Below, piece after piece: positions 6,537-17,574 of a DNA stretch of 32,000 nucleotides (positions within the stretch are counted from its first letter, which is position 1; each line of letters begins with the position of its first letter). A model generated the notes under the pieces. That model worked only from the letters and a program-made list of their open reading frames with translations, was not told where the DNA came from and searched no databases. The translations under genes were made by a program, and so were the position numbers. The DNA is from Pseudomonadota bacterium (lineage in GTDB: Bacteria > Pseudomonadota > Alphaproteobacteria > UBA2136 > UBA6156): contig WGMN01000001.1 in assembly GCA_016125035.1 (NCBI GenBank), forward strand, positions 4,617-36,616, read 5' to 3'.

Positions 6537-9500
6537 TTACTGAATCTCGGGCGTCACGTCCTTGGCCAGGGCGCCGTGGCGCATGTGGCGCAGCAGGCGG
6601 CCGGTACCGGCCGGGATGAGGCGGCCGACGATGACGTTCTCCTTGAGGCCGTTGAGCCCGTCTTGCTTGCCCATGGTGGCGGCTTCGGTAAGCACGCGCG
6701 TGGTCTCCTGGAACGACGCGGCGCTGATGAAGCTGCGCGTGGTGAGCGACGCCTTGGTGATGCCCTGCAGGTGCAGTTCATATTCCGCAGGCACTTTGCC
6801 CGCCAGCACCAGTTTGGCATTCTCCTCGCGCACCTCGAACAGGTCGGCCATTTCGCCGTTGACGAAGGTGCTCTCACCCGGCTTGGTGATCATCACCTTT
6901 TGCAGCATCTGGCGGATGATCGTCTCGATGTGCTTATCGTTGATCTCCACACCTTGCAGGCGGTAGACCTCCTGGATCTGGGTGACCATGTAGTCGGCCA
7001 GCGCCTCGATGCCCTGGGCCTTGAGGATGTCGCGCGGATCGATGGCGCCTTCCACCAGCATTTCGCCGGCTTCGATGTAGTCGCCCTCGCGCACGTTGAG
7101 GTGAATGCCCTTGGGTACCAGGTACTCGCGCTGTTCTTCCTCGCCGTTATCCAGCTTGGAGTTGACCAGGATGCGGCGCTTGCCTTTCAGGTCTTTCCCG
7201 AAGGCCACGATGCCGGGGACTTCGTTGAGAATTGCCGAGTCCTTCGGTTTGCGGGCCTCGAAGAGTTCCGCCACGCGGGGCAGACCCCCGGTGATGTCCT
7301 TGGACTTCAGCGTTTCCTTGGGCATACGGGCGATGATATCGCCGGCCTGGATGGTGGCGCCGTCATCCACCGTGAGGATGGCGCCGACCGGCAGCGCATA
7401 GACCGCCTGGGAGCCGTTGGGCAAGGTGACGATCTTGCCCTTGGCATCCATGAGGATGATGGCGGGCTTCATGTCGGCGGCGCGGGCGGATTGCTTCCAA
7501 TCCAGCACCACGCGCGAGGTCATGCCCGAGGTCTCGTCGGTCTTTTCCTGCACGGTGACGCCTTCCTGCAGATCGAGGAAGTGCACCACGCCCGCCGTTT
7601 CCACGATAATGGGAACGGTGTAGGGATCCCAGTCGGCGACAGTGGCACCGGCCTTGAGCTTGGCGCCATCCTTGACCGCCAGGCGCGCGCCGTAGGGCAG
7701 CTTGAAGCTTTCGCGCTCGCGGCCCGCGTCGTCGACCAGTTTGGCCTCGGCGTTACGCGACATGACGATGGCTTCGCCTTCGCCGTTGGTGACGGTAATG
7801 ACACCTTCCAGCTTGAGCGTGCCGTCGCGGCTGACCTCGGCCTTGGATTGCACGGTACCCGCCGCCGCCGCACCACCGATGTGGAAGGTACGCATGGTGA
7901 GCTGGGTGCCGGGTTCGCCGATGGATTGCGCGGCGATGACGCCAACCGCCTCGCCGATGGTGACCGGCGTGCCGCGGGCAAGATCGCGCCCGTAGCAGGC
8001 GGCGCAGATGCCGTCGGTGTTTTCACACGTGAGCGGGCTGCGGATGGCCACGCGCTCGATGCCGGCCTTCTCGATTTGGGCCACCAGCGCTTCATCGATG
8101 ATGGTGCCGACCGGGCAGATGACGTTGCCGGTGAGCGGGTCGAGGACCTCGTGCGCGGCGGTACGGCCGAGGATACGCTGGGACAGCGGCTCGACGATGT
8201 TACCGGCCTGGGTGATGTCTTCCACCACGATGTGGCGCTCGGTGCCGCAGTCTGGCGAGGTGATGACGCAGTCTTGGGCGGCATCCACCAGGCGGCGGGT
8301 GAGGTAACCGGCGTTGGCGGTTTTAAGCGCGGTATCGGACAGCCCCTTACGCGCGCCGTGGGTGCTGATGAAGTATTGCAACACGGTGAGGCCTTCGCGG
8401 AAGTTGGCGGTAATCGGCGTTTCGATGATCTCGCCGTTCGGCTTGGCCATCAACCCGCGCATACCGGCGAGCTGGCGCATCTGCGCGGGGGAACCACGGG
8501 CGCCCGACGTGCTCATCATGTAGATGGAGTTGATGCTGGGTTGCACCTTCTCCTCCGCCGTTTTGCCCTTGCCGACGGTGATGGGCTGGTCGCCAATGGC
8601 CTTCATCATCGCGGCGGCGATGGCGTCGGAGGTGCGTTGCCAGATATCGACCACCTTGTTGTACTTTTCGCCAGAGGTGATGAGACCTTCCTGGTATTGT
8701 TGCTCGAACTTGCGGACTTCACTTTCCGCGAACTCCACCATCTTGGTTTTGTTCTCGGGGATGACCATGTCGTTCTTGCCGAACGAGATGCCGATCTTGG
8801 CGGCAAAGCGGAAGCCGAGTTGCATCAGCCTGTCGGCGAAGATGCAGGTCTCCTTCTGACCGCAGGCCAGGTAGACCTCGTGGATGAGGCGGCCCACTTC
8901 TTTTTTGGTCATGACCTTGTTGACCGCTTCGAAGCCGAGCTTGTTGCTCTCTGGCAAAATGGAGCCCAGGTAGGCGCGGCCCACCGAGGTATCGTAGGTT
9001 TTGCCGCGGTAGCGGTACTTGATGCGCGTGTGCAGGGTGACCGCCCGGTTCATCAGCGCGTGCTCGAGCTCGCCGAGGTCGGCGAACAGGGAGCCTTCGC
9101 CCGGCAGGTTGTAGCGCGCCAGGGAGATCCAGTAGAGGCCGAGAATCATATCCTGCGAGGGAACGATAACCGGTTTACCATCAGCGGGTTTGAGGATGTT
9201 GTTGGTGGACATCATCAACACGCGGGCCTCGATCTGCGCTTCCAAGCTCAGCGGCACGTGGACGGCCATTTGGTCGCCGTCGAAGTCCGCATTAAAAGCG
9301 GTACAGACCAGCGGGTGCAGTTGGATGGCCTTGCCTTCCACCAGCTTGGGCTCGAACGCCTGGATACCCAGACGGTGCAGGGTGGGCGCGCGGTTGAGCA
9401 GCACGGGGTGCTCGCGGATGACTTCTTCCAAAACGTCCCACACCACGTCTTCCTGGCGTTCCACCATTTTTTTGGCGGCCTTGATGGTGGTGGCTTCGCC

Positions 9501-10667
9501 ACGCATTTCCAGCTTGTGGTAGATGAAGGGCTTGAACAGCTCCAGCGCCATGGTTTTGGGCAGGCCGCACTGGTGCAGCATGAGATCCGGCCCCACGGTG
9601 ATGACCGAACGGCCGGAGTAGTCGACCCGTTTGCCGAGCAGGTTCTGGCGGAAGCGGCCTTGTTTGCCCTTGAGCATGTCGGCGAGCGACTTCAGCGGGC
9701 GCTTGTTGGCGCCGGTGATGACGCGGCCGCGGCGGCCATTGTCGAACAGGGCATCCACGGATTCTTGCAGCATGCGCTTTTCGTTGCGCACGATGATCTC
9801 CGGCGCGCGCAGTTCGATGAGGCGCTTCAAGCGGTTGTTGCGGTTGACCACGCGGCGGTAGAGATCATTCAGGTCCGACGTGGCGAAGCGGCCGCCGTCG
9901 AGCGGGACCAGCGGGCGCAGTTCCGGCGGCAGCACCGGGACGACGTCCATGATCATCCACTCCGGCTTGTTGCCGGAATCCAGGAACGCATTGACCATTT
10001 TGAGGCGCTTGACGATCTTGCGGCGGCGCAGGTCTGACACATCCTCGGTCAGGTCGGCGGAGAGCTCGGCCTGCAGCTTGGGCAAATCCAGCGAGCGCAG
10101 GATGTTGCGCAGGGCTTCGGCGCCGATCTGTGCGGTGAAGCTGTCTTCGCCGAATTCTTCCACCGCCTGGTAGTACTCTTCCTCATTGATGAGCTGGCCC
10201 TGGGTGAGCGTGGTCATGCCGGCATCCACCACCACCCATTTCTCGAAGTAGAGGATGGCCTCGAGGTCTTTCAGCGTCATTTCCAGAAGAGCGGCCATGC
10301 GCGACGGCAGCAGCTTGAGGAACCAGATGTGCGCGACGGGCGCGGCGAGCTCGATGTGGCCCATGCGCTCACGGCGCACTTTGGATTCAATGACTTCCAC
10401 GCCGCACTTTTCGCACACGATACCGCGGTGCTTCATGCGCTTATATTTGCCGCACAAGCATTCGTAATCCTTAACAGGGCCGAAGATGCGGGCGCAGAAG
10501 AGCCCGCCGTGCTCTGGCTTGAAGGTGCGGTAGTTGATGGTCTCCGGCTTTTTCACTTCGCCGAAGGACTGGGCACGGATTTGTTCCGGGCTGCACAGCG
10601 AGATGCGGATGGCATCGAACTGCTTGGCCACGGGCTGTTGCTGGAACATGTTCATTAAGTTGTTCAT
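6537..10667 (-). CDS. rpoC: DNA-directed RNA polymerase subunit beta'
   Basis: Contains [16 protein letters not shown], zinc-binding [37 protein letters not shown]. Confidence 0.99.
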   Translation of the reverse strand: MNNLMNMFQQQPVAKQFDAIRISLCSPEQIRAQSFGEVKKPETINYRTFKPEHGGLFCARIFGPVKDYECLCGKYKRMKHRGIVCEKCGVEVIESKVRRERMGHIELAAPVAHIWFLKLLPSRMAALLEMTLKDLEAILYFEKWVVVDAGMTTLTQGQLINEEEYYQAVEEFGEDSFTAQIGAEALRNILRSLDLPKLQAELSADLTEDVSDLRRRKIVKRLKMVNAFLDSGNKPEWMIMDVVPVLPPELRPLVPLDGGRFATSDLNDLYRRVVNRNNRLKRLIELRAPEIIVRNEKRMLQESVDALFDNGRRGRVITGANKRPLKSLADMLKGKQGRFRQNLLGKRVDYSGRSVITVGPDLMLHQCGLPKTMALELFKPFIYHKLEMRGEATTIKAAKKMVERQEDVVWDVLEEVIREHPVLLNRAPTLHRLGIQAFEPKLVEGKAIQLHPLVCTAFNADFDGDQMAVHVPLSLEAQIEARVLMMSTNNILKPADGKPVIVPSQDMILGLYWISLARYNLPGEGSLFADLGELEHALMNRAVTLHTRIKYRYRGKTYDTSVGRAYLGSILPESNKLGFEAVNKVMTKKEVGRLIHEVYLACGQKETCIFADRLMQLGFRFAAKIGISFGKNDMVIPENKTKMVEFAESEVRKFEQQYQEGLITSGEKYNKVVDIWQRTSDAIAAAMMKAIGDQPITVGKGKTAEEKVQPSINSIYMMSTSGARGSPAQMRQLAGMRGLMAKPNGEIIETPITANFREGLTVLQYFISTHGARKGLSDTALKTANAGYLTRRLVDAAQDCVITSPDCGTERHIVVEDITQAGNIVEPLSQRILGRTAAHEVLDPLTGNVICPVGTIIDEALVAQIEKAGIERVAIRSPLTCENTDGICAACYGRDLARGTPVTIGEAVGVIAAQSIGEPGTQLTMRTFHIGGAAAAGTVQSKAEVSRDGTLKLEGVITVTNGEGEAIVMSRNAEAKLVDDAGRERESFKLPYGARLAVKDGAKLKAGATVADWDPYTVPIIVETAGVVHFLDLQEGVTVQEKTDETSGMTSRVVLDWKQSARAADMKPAIILMDAKGKIVTLPNGSQAVYALPVGAILTVDDGATIQAGDIIARMPKETLKSKDITGGLPRVAELFEARKPKDSAILNEVPGIVAFGKDLKGKRRILVNSKLDNGEEEQREYLVPKGIHLNVREGDYIEAGEMLVEGAIDPRDILKAQGIEALADYMVTQIQEVYRLQGVEINDKHIETIIRQMLQKVMITKPGESTFVNGEMADLFEVREENAKLVLAGKVPAEYELHLQGITKASLTTRSFISAASFQETTRVLTEAATMGKQDGLNGLKENVIVGRLIPAGTGRLLRHMRHGALAKDVTPEIQ

Positions 10668-10682
10668 GGTGCGTTCCTTACC

Positions 10683-13600
10683 TTAGGCGTTGAAGTCTTC
10701 AGTGATGCGGTGCAGGCCGGGGCGCGAGCGGCGCGGGCCGCCTTGCGCCTGGGCTTGCTGCTCCAGCAGACTGGGCTGGCGACCGATATCGGTGCGGAGA
10801 TCGGGGCCTTCGCCGGTTTCCACCAGGTCGACGTTCAGGCCCAGGGATTGGATTTCCTTGACCAGCACGTTGAACGACTCGGGGATACCCGCCTCGAAGT
10901 TGCTTTCCCCACGCACGATGGCTTCGTACGTTTTGGTACGGCCGGAGACGTCATCTGACTTGATGGTGAGCATTTCCTGCAGGGTGTAGGAGGCGCCATA
11001 GGCTTGCAGCGCCCACACTTCCATTTCCCCAAAGCGTTGGCCACCGAACTGGGCCTTACCGCCGAGCGGCTGCTGGGTGACCAGCGAGTACGGCCCGATG
11101 GAACGCGCGTGGATCTTCTCATCCACCAGGTGGTGCAGCTTGAGCATATACATGATGCCGACCGTGCTCTTCTGCTCGTACGGGTCGCCGGTGCGGCCGT
11201 CGAACAGCTGGGTTTTGCCGGACTCATCGCAGCCGGCCACCTTGAGCAGGCCGGTGATGGCGTCTTCAGGCGCGCCGTCGAACACCGGGCAGGCCACTGG
11301 CAGGCCGCGGCTGAGGTGCCCGGCCATTTCGACGATTTCGGCGTCCGACAGGTCTTTGAGCGAGCTGACGGTGCCTTTGTCTTCATACAGGCTTTCCATG
11401 TACTTGCGCAGGGCCTTGGTATCCGGCTTTTTGCCGCCGGCCTTGGCCTCGGCCAGAAGCTCCGCCACCTTGCGGCCGATGCCGTAAGCGGCCCAGCCCA
11501 GGTGGGTTTCCAGGATTTGGCCGACGTTCATCCGGCTGGGCACGCCCAGCGGGTTGAGCACCATATCCACCGGACGGCCGTCTTCCAGGAAGGGCATGTC
11601 CTCCAGCGGGTTAACCTTGGAGATGACCCCCTTGTTACCGTGGCGGCCGGCCATTTTATCACCCGGCTGCAGCTTGCGCTTAACGGCGACGAAGACCTTG
11701 ACCATTTTGAGCACGCCCGGGGGCAACTCATCGGCTTGGCGGATCTTGGCCGTTTTTTCATCAAACCGCTTCTTCAGCGCGGTGAGCGATTTATCCAGCG
11801 CGGCGCGCAGGGTTTCGATGTCGCGTTGGGCTTTGTCGCCAGCCACGGAGATGGACCACCATTCGGTCGGCTTCATCTCGTCGAGCACGTCGGCGGTGAT
11901 CTCTTTGCCTTTGGCGAGTTTGCCGGACTTGGCGGCGGTTTTCTCCTTGATGAGGAGCTTGCGCAGGCGGTCGTAGGCGTCGGCCTCGATGATGCGGCGC
12001 TCGTCCTCGATGTCCTTGGTGAGGCGGGCGACTTCGGCGGATTCGATCTCGAGCGTGCGGGTGTCTTTTTCAGCGCCGCGGCGGTTGAAGATCTTGACGC
12101 CGACCACGGTGCCGTTGACGCCCGGCGGCAGGCGCAGGGAGGTATCACGCACATCGGCGGCCTTCTCGCCGAAAATGGCGCGCAGGAGTTTTTCTTCCGG
12201 GGTCATCGGGCTCTCACCCTTGGGGGTGATCTTGCCGACCAGGATATCGCCGGCCTTGACCTCGGCGCCCACGGCGATGATGCCGGCTTCGTCGATGCTG
12301 CGCAGGCCTTCTTCGCCGACGTTGGGGATATCGCGGGTGATCTCCTCGCTACCCAGTTTGGTATCACGCGCCATCACCTCGAATTCATCGATGTGGATGG
12401 AGGTGAAGATATCCTCGCGCACGATGCGCTCGGAGATGAGGATACTATCTTCGAAGTTATAGCCGTTCCAGGGCATGAAGGCGACCACCACGTTGCGGCC
12501 CAAGGCGAGTTCGCCGAGCTCGGTGGACGGGCCGTCGGCGATGACGTCTCCCGCTTTGACCGTATCGCCGATGCGCACCAGGGTTTTCTGGTTCAAGCAG
12601 CTGCTCTGGTTGGAGCGTTGGAACTTGGTGAGGCGGTAGATATCCACGCCCGATTGGCCGGATTGCACGCCGGAGGTGGCACGCACCACGATGCGCGAGC
12701 CGTCGACGCTTTCCACCACCCCATTGCGGCGGGCGACGGTGGTAATGCCGGAATCACGCGCCACGGTGGCTTCCATGCCGGTACCCACCAGCGGGGCATC
12801 GGTGCGGATGAGCGGCACCGCCTGGCGTTGCATGTTGGAACCCATCAAAGCGCGGTTGGCGTCGTCGTGCTCCAGGAACGGAATGAGCGCCGCGGCGATG
12901 GACACCACCTGTTTGGGCGAGACGTCCATGTAGGTGACTTCCGAGCTGGGCATCAGCAGGGTTTCGCCCTGTTTGCGGCATTCCACGAAGTCGTCCTTCA
13001 GCGTGGATTTTTCGGTCAGTTCGGTGTTGGCCTGGGCGATGGTTTCGCGGCCTTCCTCGATGGCGGACATGTAGACCACTTTATCGGTGACCTTGCCGTT
13101 TTCCACCTTGCGGTACGGGGTTTCAATAAACCCATACTTGTTGATGCGGGCGTAGGTGGCCAGGCTGTTGATAAGACCGATGTTCGGGCCTTCAGGCGTT
13201 TCGATCGGGCAGATGCGGCCGTAGTGCGTGGTGTGCACGTCGCGCACTTCAAAGCCCGCGCGCTCACGCGTGAGACCGCCGGGCCCCAGGGCGGAGAGGC
13301 GGCGCTTGTGCGTGACTTCCGACAGAGGGTTGGTCTGGTCCATGAACTGGGACAGTTGCGAGGAGGCAAAGAACTCACGCAGCGCGGCAGACAAGGGGCG
13401 GCTGTTGATGAGGTCATTGGGCATCATGTCGCCGATTTCGGTGGAGCCCATGCGCTCTTTGACCGAGCGCTCCATGCGCAGCAGGCCGATGCGGACCTGG
13501 TTTTCCATCAGCTCGCCCACCAGGCGCACGCGGCGGTTGCCCAGGTGGTCGATGTCATCGACCGGCTCGAAGCCGTCGCGGATGCGGTGCAGCGCGCGCA

Positions 13601-15077
13601 GGGTTTCTACAAAGTCTTCGCGTTGCAGGATGCGTTGGTCATCCGGCGACTTCAGGCCCAGGCGGGCGTTGAGCTTCATCCGGCCCACGGCGGAGAGATC
13701 GAACTTATCGGTATCGAAGAACAGGCCGTTGAACAGCTTGGTGGAGGTTTCCACCGTCGGCGGTTCGCCGGGGCGCATGACCTTATAGATCTCCACCAGC
13801 GCTTCTTCAGGGCTGTTGGTTTTATCCACCTGCAGGGTGTTGCGGACGTAGGCGCCGACGTTGAGGTGATCGACCTTGAGGATCTTGAACTCCTTCATGC
13901 CGAGCTTTTCCACCGCGGCGAGCACTTCGTCGGAGACTTCGGTACCTGCCTCGAACAGCACCTCGCCGGTTTCCTTATCCACCAGGCTTGTGGCGAGGAA
14001 GCGGCCCTTGAGATCTTCGTTGGTTTGGGCCACCCATTTGACGCCGGCTTCCTGCGCCTGGCGGATCTGGCGGCGGGTGGGCTTTTTGCCGGCTTCGGCG
14101 ATGACCTTGCCTTTATCGGCATCGACCAGGTCGGCGGCCAGTTTGACGCCTTCATAGAACATCGGCTCGAAGGCCAAGGCGTAGGTGCCGGTGAGTTCCA
14201 CCGCCACGGGCACGGCCTTTTTGGCCTTGACCGACTTGGTCTTGGTAACTTTGGCGGGCTTCTCGGCCTTGGCTTCTTTGCCCTTAGTGGCCTTCTTGGC
14301 CTTTTTGGGGGCTTCTTCTTCCGCTACCGGCTCTTCCTTCTTCGGCTTGGCCTTGCCCGGAGTGACGCGGACGGAGACTTTGTCGTAGTAGGTATCGATA
14401 ATTTCCTGCGTGGAGAGGCCCAGCGCGCGCAGCAGCACGGTGGCCGGCAGTTTGCGCTTGCGATCGATGCGCACGTAGATGTTGTCTTTGTGGTCGAATT
14501 CGAAATCCAGCCAGGAGCCGCGGATGGGAATGACCCGCGCGGTGTAGAGCAGTTTGCCGCTGCTGTGGGTGGTGCCGTCATCGTGGCTGAAGAACACGCC
14601 CGGGGAGCGCTGCATTTGCGAAACCACCACGCGCTCTGTACCATTCACGATGAAGGTGCCGTTGGAAGTCATCAAAGGCACGTCGGCCAGGTAGACCTCT
14701 TGCTCTTTGATATCCTTGACCGAGCGGGCGCCGGTGGCGTGGTCGACATCCCAGATGGTGAGGCGCAGGGTGACGCGGCAGGGCGCGGCGAAGGTGAGGT
14801 CGCGCGTGCGGCATTCGTCGATATCGTACTTGGGCTCTTCCAGGCGGTAGCCGAGGTAGTCGAGTTCGGCGATGCCGGCGTTGTCCTTCATCGGGAAGAT
14901 GGAGTTGAACGCGCCGTCGAGCGTGTAGAAGGTGGTTTTGCTGGTCTTCTTCTCTTGCAGGAAGAGATCGTAAGAAGCTTGCTGCATTTCCAGCAGGTTG
15001 GGGATGGACGCCACGCTGGCCAGGCGGCCAAAATTTTTGCGAATGCGCTTGCGCTCGGTGAAAGACAGGTTGGACAT
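10683..15077 (-). CDS. rpoB: DNA-directed RNA polymerase subunit beta with Lys/Ala-rich insertion
   Basis: [15 protein letters not shown]; [21 protein letters not shown]; [15 protein letters not shown]; [24 protein letters not shown]. Confidence 0.99.
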   Translation of the reverse strand: MSNLSFTERKRIRKNFGRLASVASIPNLLEMQQASYDLFLQEKKTSKTTFYTLDGAFNSIFPMKDNAGIAELDYLGYRLEEPKYDIDECRTRDLTFAAPCRVTLRLTIWDVDHATGARSVKDIKEQEVYLADVPLMTSNGTFIVNGTERVVVSQMQRSPGVFFSHDDGTTHSSGKLLYTARVIPIRGSWLDFEFDHKDNIYVRIDRKRKLPATVLLRALGLSTQEIIDTYYDKVSVRVTPGKAKPKKEEPVAEEEAPKKAKKATKGKEAKAEKPAKVTKTKSVKAKKAVPVAVELTGTYALAFEPMFYEGVKLAADLVDADKGKVIAEAGKKPTRRQIRQAQEAGVKWVAQTNEDLKGRFLATSLVDKETGEVLFEAGTEVSDEVLAAVEKLGMKEFKILKVDHLNVGAYVRNTLQVDKTNSPEEALVEIYKVMRPGEPPTVETSTKLFNGLFFDTDKFDLSAVGRMKLNARLGLKSPDDQRILQREDFVETLRALHRIRDGFEPVDDIDHLGNRRVRLVGELMENQVRIGLLRMERSVKERMGSTEIGDMMPNDLINSRPLSAALREFFASSQLSQFMDQTNPLSEVTHKRRLSALGPGGLTRERAGFEVRDVHTTHYGRICPIETPEGPNIGLINSLATYARINKYGFIETPYRKVENGKVTDKVVYMSAIEEGRETIAQANTELTEKSTLKDDFVECRKQGETLLMPSSEVTYMDVSPKQVVSIAAALIPFLEHDDANRALMGSNMQRQAVPLIRTDAPLVGTGMEATVARDSGITTVARRNGVVESVDGSRIVVRATSGVQSGQSGVDIYRLTKFQRSNQSSCLNQKTLVRIGDTVKAGDVIADGPSTELGELALGRNVVVAFMPWNGYNFEDSILISERIVREDIFTSIHIDEFEVMARDTKLGSEEITRDIPNVGEEGLRSIDEAGIIAVGAEVKAGDILVGKITPKGESPMTPEEKLLRAIFGEKAADVRDTSLRLPPGVNGTVVGVKIFNRRGAEKDTRTLEIESAEVARLTKDIEDERRIIEADAYDRLRKLLIKEKTAAKSGKLAKGKEITADVLDEMKPTEWWSISVAGDKAQRDIETLRAALDKSLTALKKRFDEKTAKIRQADELPPGVLKMVKVFVAVKRKLQPGDKMAGRHGNKGVISKVNPLEDMPFLEDGRPVDMVLNPLGVPSRMNVGQILETHLGWAAYGIGRKVAELLAEAKAGGKKPDTKALRKYMESLYEDKGTVSSLKDLSDAEIVEMAGHLSRGLPVACPVFDGAPEDAITGLLKVAGCDESGKTQLFDGRTGDPYEQKSTVGIMYMLKLHHLVDEKIHARSIGPYSLVTQQPLGGKAQFGGQRFGEMEVWALQAYGASYTLQEMLTIKSDDVSGRTKTYEAIVRGESNFEAGIPESFNVLVKEIQSLGLNVDLVETGEGPDLRTDIGRQPSLLEQQAQAQGGPRRSRPGLHRITEDFNA

Positions 15078-15193
15078 GCCGGGGGCTCCCCTTGGTTTTA
15101 CCTATTTATTCAAAAACTTGGGGCTTGCCGCTGAAATCCGGCGAGCAGGGCATGGTGAACATGCGGCCCACCGCTGATGCGGAGGGATGGGGG

Positions 15194-15222
15194 CTTATAC
15201 GGGGGGATGGGGGGAGTGTCAA
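15194..15222 (-). promoter_or_regulatory. sigma70-type promoter of rpoBC
   Basis: Minus strand TTGACA (15217-15222) - 17 bp - TATAAG (15194-15199). Confidence 0.75.
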
Positions 15223-15398
15223 GGGGTGGAGGGGTTTGGTAAGCGGGGGGTTGGGAGGGGCATCGTCGGAGGGAGGATTTTCCCGCATTGTTTTTTTATA
15301 CACCGCGCACCTAGTAATGGGGTTAAGGCTTTGTTTGTGCCGAAACAGATCCCCGGTTCGGGGGGATTCCTTTTTACTTCCAGACTCTTGGGGGAGGT

Positions 15399-15941
15399 AT
15401 GTACCTTGCACCGGAGAAATACCCTTTTGTGACCGATTTAGCGACCCTGCGCATACCGAGTGAAGAGGTTGACCCTTGCGACCCGGCGACGCTGGAGCTG
15501 GCCACGGAGATGTTTGTGACCATGGGCCAGTTAGGCGTTGGGTTGGCCGCTATCCAGCTGGGGGTGCCCAAGCGGGTGGTGGTTATCCACCCCTGCAAGA
15601 TCTACACCCCCACGCCGGTGGAGAATGAGACCTTCTTCATGGCCAACCCGGAGTTGCTTGAGGTTTCCAAGGAGACCTCGGTGGCAGTGGAGAGCTGCCT
15701 TTCCATCCTTGCCTTGCCGCAAGACACCGATACCCTGGCCCCGCCCCTGCTGAAGGTGGAGGTGGAGCGCCCGGTGTGGGCGGTGGTGCGCTTTTTTGAC
15801 CTGCGCGCACAAGAGGTGAGGACCCTGAAGAGGGAAGGCTTTGACGCGCGGGTGCTGCAGCATGAGATCGATCACATCATCAAGCCGCCGAAGTTGATCA
15901 TTGACTACCTGCCGGGGCGGAAGTTGGCTGCGGCGGGGTGA
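15399..15941 (+). CDS. def: Peptide deformylase (divergent)
   Basis: GVGLAAIQ, ESCLS (canonical EGCLS), QHEIDHI. The ATG at 15399 is almost on top of its SD; GTG 15429 (SD-like ggagaaa) is an alternative start. Confidence 0.85.
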   Translation: MYLAPEKYPFVTDLATLRIPSEEVDPCDPATLELATEMFVTMGQLGVGLAAIQLGVPKRVVVIHPCKIYTPTPVENETFFMANPELLEVSKETSVAVESCLSILALPQDTDTLAPPLLKVEVERPVWAVVRFFDLRAQEVRTLKREGFDARVLQHEIDHIIKPPKLIIDYLPGRKLAAAG

Positions 15942-15956
15942 AGACACGAAACAGCG

Positions 15957-15982
15957 AAGGGGCCGGCAAAACCGGCCCCTTT
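15957..15982. terminator. Shared hairpin between convergent def and rplL
   Basis: Perfect 10-bp stem aaggggccgg-caaaa-ccggcccctt; U-tract weak on both strands. Confidence 0.55.
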
Positions 15983-16013
15983 CACGCAGGTTGGAAGACC
16001 TGAAGAAGAGGAA

Positions 16014-16382
16014 CTATTTGAGTTCCACTTTGGCGCCGGCGGCTTCCAGCTTCTTCTTCATTTCTTCGGCGTCTTTCTTGGCAACGCCTTCCTTGACCAC
16101 TTGCGGGGCGCCTTCGACCAGGTCTTTGGCTTCCTTCAGGCCCAGGCCGGTGATCTCGCGCACCGCTTTGATCACTTCGATCTTCTTGTCGCCGGAGGCG
16201 GCCAGGTGCACGGTGAACTCGGTTTGCGCGTCGGCGGCGGGGCCGGCAGCGGCGGCGGCGGCGGCCACAGGCGCGGCGGCGGACACGCCCCAGGTTTCTT
16301 CGAGCATTTTGGACAGTTCAGCAGCTTCCATCACGGTGAGCTTGCTGAGGGTATCGACGATGGCTTGCAGATTGGTAGACAT
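16014..16382 (-). CDS. rplL: 50S ribosomal protein L7/L12
   Basis: [14 protein letters not shown]...[34 protein letters not shown]. Confidence 0.98.
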   Translation of the reverse strand: MSTNLQAIVDTLSKLTVMEAAELSKMLEETWGVSAAAPVAAAAAAAGPAADAQTEFTVHLAASGDKKIEVIKAVREITGLGLKEAKDLVEGAPQVVKEGVAKKDAEEMKKKLEAAGAKVELK

Positions 16383-16405
16383 GGTGTTTATCCTTTGATT
16401 TCAGG

Positions 16406-17014
16406 TTAGTTGGATTGGGGTTCGGCAGCAGGAGCCTCGGCGGGAGCCGGAGCAGCTTCGGCCGGGGCCGGGGCAGCTTGCTCGGCGGGCTTGGCTTCTT
16501 CAGCCGGGGCCGCAGCTTCGGCCGGGGCGGACGCGCCGCCCTTGTCGGCATAGGCCTTGGTGACCCGCGCCAATTGGGCGCCGGGAGCCTGCAACAGGCC
16601 GACCAGCTTGCCGCGCAGCTCATTAAGCGTGGGCAGGTTGCTGAGCGACTTGACGTCGGCCGCGGTGAGCATCTTGCCGTTCATGATGCCGCCGAGGATG
16701 GCGAGTTTGTTGTCGTTGGCCTCGGAGAACTTCTGGCTGATGCGGGACGGGGCGATATCGTCGGCGCTGAAGGTAAGGATGGTGGGGCCGGTGAGCAGCT
16801 CGGTCACGCCTTCAAACGGCGTGCCCTTGATGGCCAGCTTGGCCAGGCGGTTTTTGGCCACCTGCACCTCACCACCGGCGGCGCGCATGGCGCGGCGCAG
16901 CTGGGTGAGTTCCTTCACATTCAGGCCGCGGTAGTGCGCCACGACCAGCGACTGCGCCTTGGACAGACGCGAAGAGAGGTCTGCCACGAACGCGGTTTTT
17001 TGGGTGCGATCCAT
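16406..17014 (-). CDS. rplJ: 50S ribosomal protein L10 with Ala/Pro/Glu-rich C-terminal tail
   Basis: KTAFVADLSSRLSKAQSLVVAHYRGLNVKELTQLRRAMR...VAKNRLAKLAIKG. Confidence 0.97.
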   Translation of the reverse strand: MDRTQKTAFVADLSSRLSKAQSLVVAHYRGLNVKELTQLRRAMRAAGGEVQVAKNRLAKLAIKGTPFEGVTELLTGPTILTFSADDIAPSRISQKFSEANDNKLAILGGIMNGKMLTAADVKSLSNLPTLNELRGKLVGLLQAPGAQLARVTKAYADKGGASAPAEAAAPAEEAKPAEQAAPAPAEAAPAPAEAPAAEPQSN

Positions 17015-17191
17015 TGCGGTGTATGCTTACGGTTGTATTGGGTTGCCCCCCGGCCCTGTTGCCGGTTGGCGCCTGGAAAACTTTGGAAAATCTGCACGTT
17101 GGCAGATGGGAACTTACGTTCTTACCTTTCCTCGGCCAGAGATTAAGGGGTTGGGTTTTACACCCGGCCCCGCTGGCTGTCTTCAGTCGGC
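17015..17191 (-). promoter_or_regulatory. Long leader of rplJL, possible L10-type autoregulatory leader
   Basis: About 175 nt between the predicted promoter (17198-17226) and rplJ; contains an atctgc/gcagat hairpin. Position matches known L10 leaders; consensus not verified. Confidence 0.35.
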
Positions 17192-17197
17192 AGGGGG

Positions 17198-17226
17198 CTT
17201 TTAGCGGGGAGAGCGGGGGATGGCAA
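17198..17226 (-). promoter_or_regulatory. Candidate rplJL promoter
   Basis: Minus strand TTGCCA (17221-17226) - 17 bp - TAAAAG (17198-17203). Confidence 0.5.
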
Positions 17227-17227
17227 G

Positions 17228-17262
17228 CAAAAAGTGAAGGCCCCCGCTGTGGCGGGAGCCTT
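17228..17262 (-). terminator. Intrinsic terminator upstream of the rplJL promoter
   Basis: Minus strand aaggctcccgc-cacag-cgggggcctt followed by cacttttt. Confidence 0.6.
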
Positions 17263-17288
17263 CGGGGGTGGGGGCCCGGGGGGCCTTG

Positions 17289-17387
17289 TTAGCTCGCCCA
17301 CAACCACACCACCAACATTATCACCAGAACGGTGATGGCAAGGGCTGTCGGGTTTTGGGCGATAGCCGTCAGCATGCCGACCAACAT
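17289..17387 (-). CDS. Possible small hydrophobic ORF between rplA and rplJ
   Basis: Frame ends MLVGMLTAIAQNPTALAITVLVIMLVVWLWAS*, followed by a terminator. The open frame extends to 17504 and its true start is unclear. Confidence 0.3.
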   Translation of the reverse strand: MLVGMLTAIAQNPTALAITVLVIMLVVWLWAS

Positions 17388-17535
17388 GGAGAAGAATTGG
17401 AGGGCAATGCAAAACAAGATGATACAGAGAATTTCGATGAAGACACATCCCTCCTCTAGGTAAGAGCTGAAGATGGGGCTTGCTGGCATTAGATGTGGGC
17501 CCAAGCGGTATAAAATACAAGGCCAAACGGCAAAA

Positions 17536-17558
17536 CCCCGCCGGGGGCGGGGTTTTTT
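17536..17558. terminator. Terminator downstream of rplA
   Basis: ccccgcc-ggg-ggcgggg, with A-tract on the left and T-tract on the right. Confidence 0.7.
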
Positions 17559-17574
17559 GTCGAGTATCCGTACG

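Noticed and set aside
6576-10037. 1153-aa plus-strand ORF opposite rpoC
   Set aside because: Shadow frame of the highly GC-biased rpoC; composition (Gly/Ala/His/Asp-rich repeats) is typical of antisense frames and the opposite strand is unambiguous RpoC.
11004-15134. 1376-aa plus-strand ORF opposite rpoB
   Set aside because: Shadow frame of rpoB; no domain-like content and it covers a core gene.
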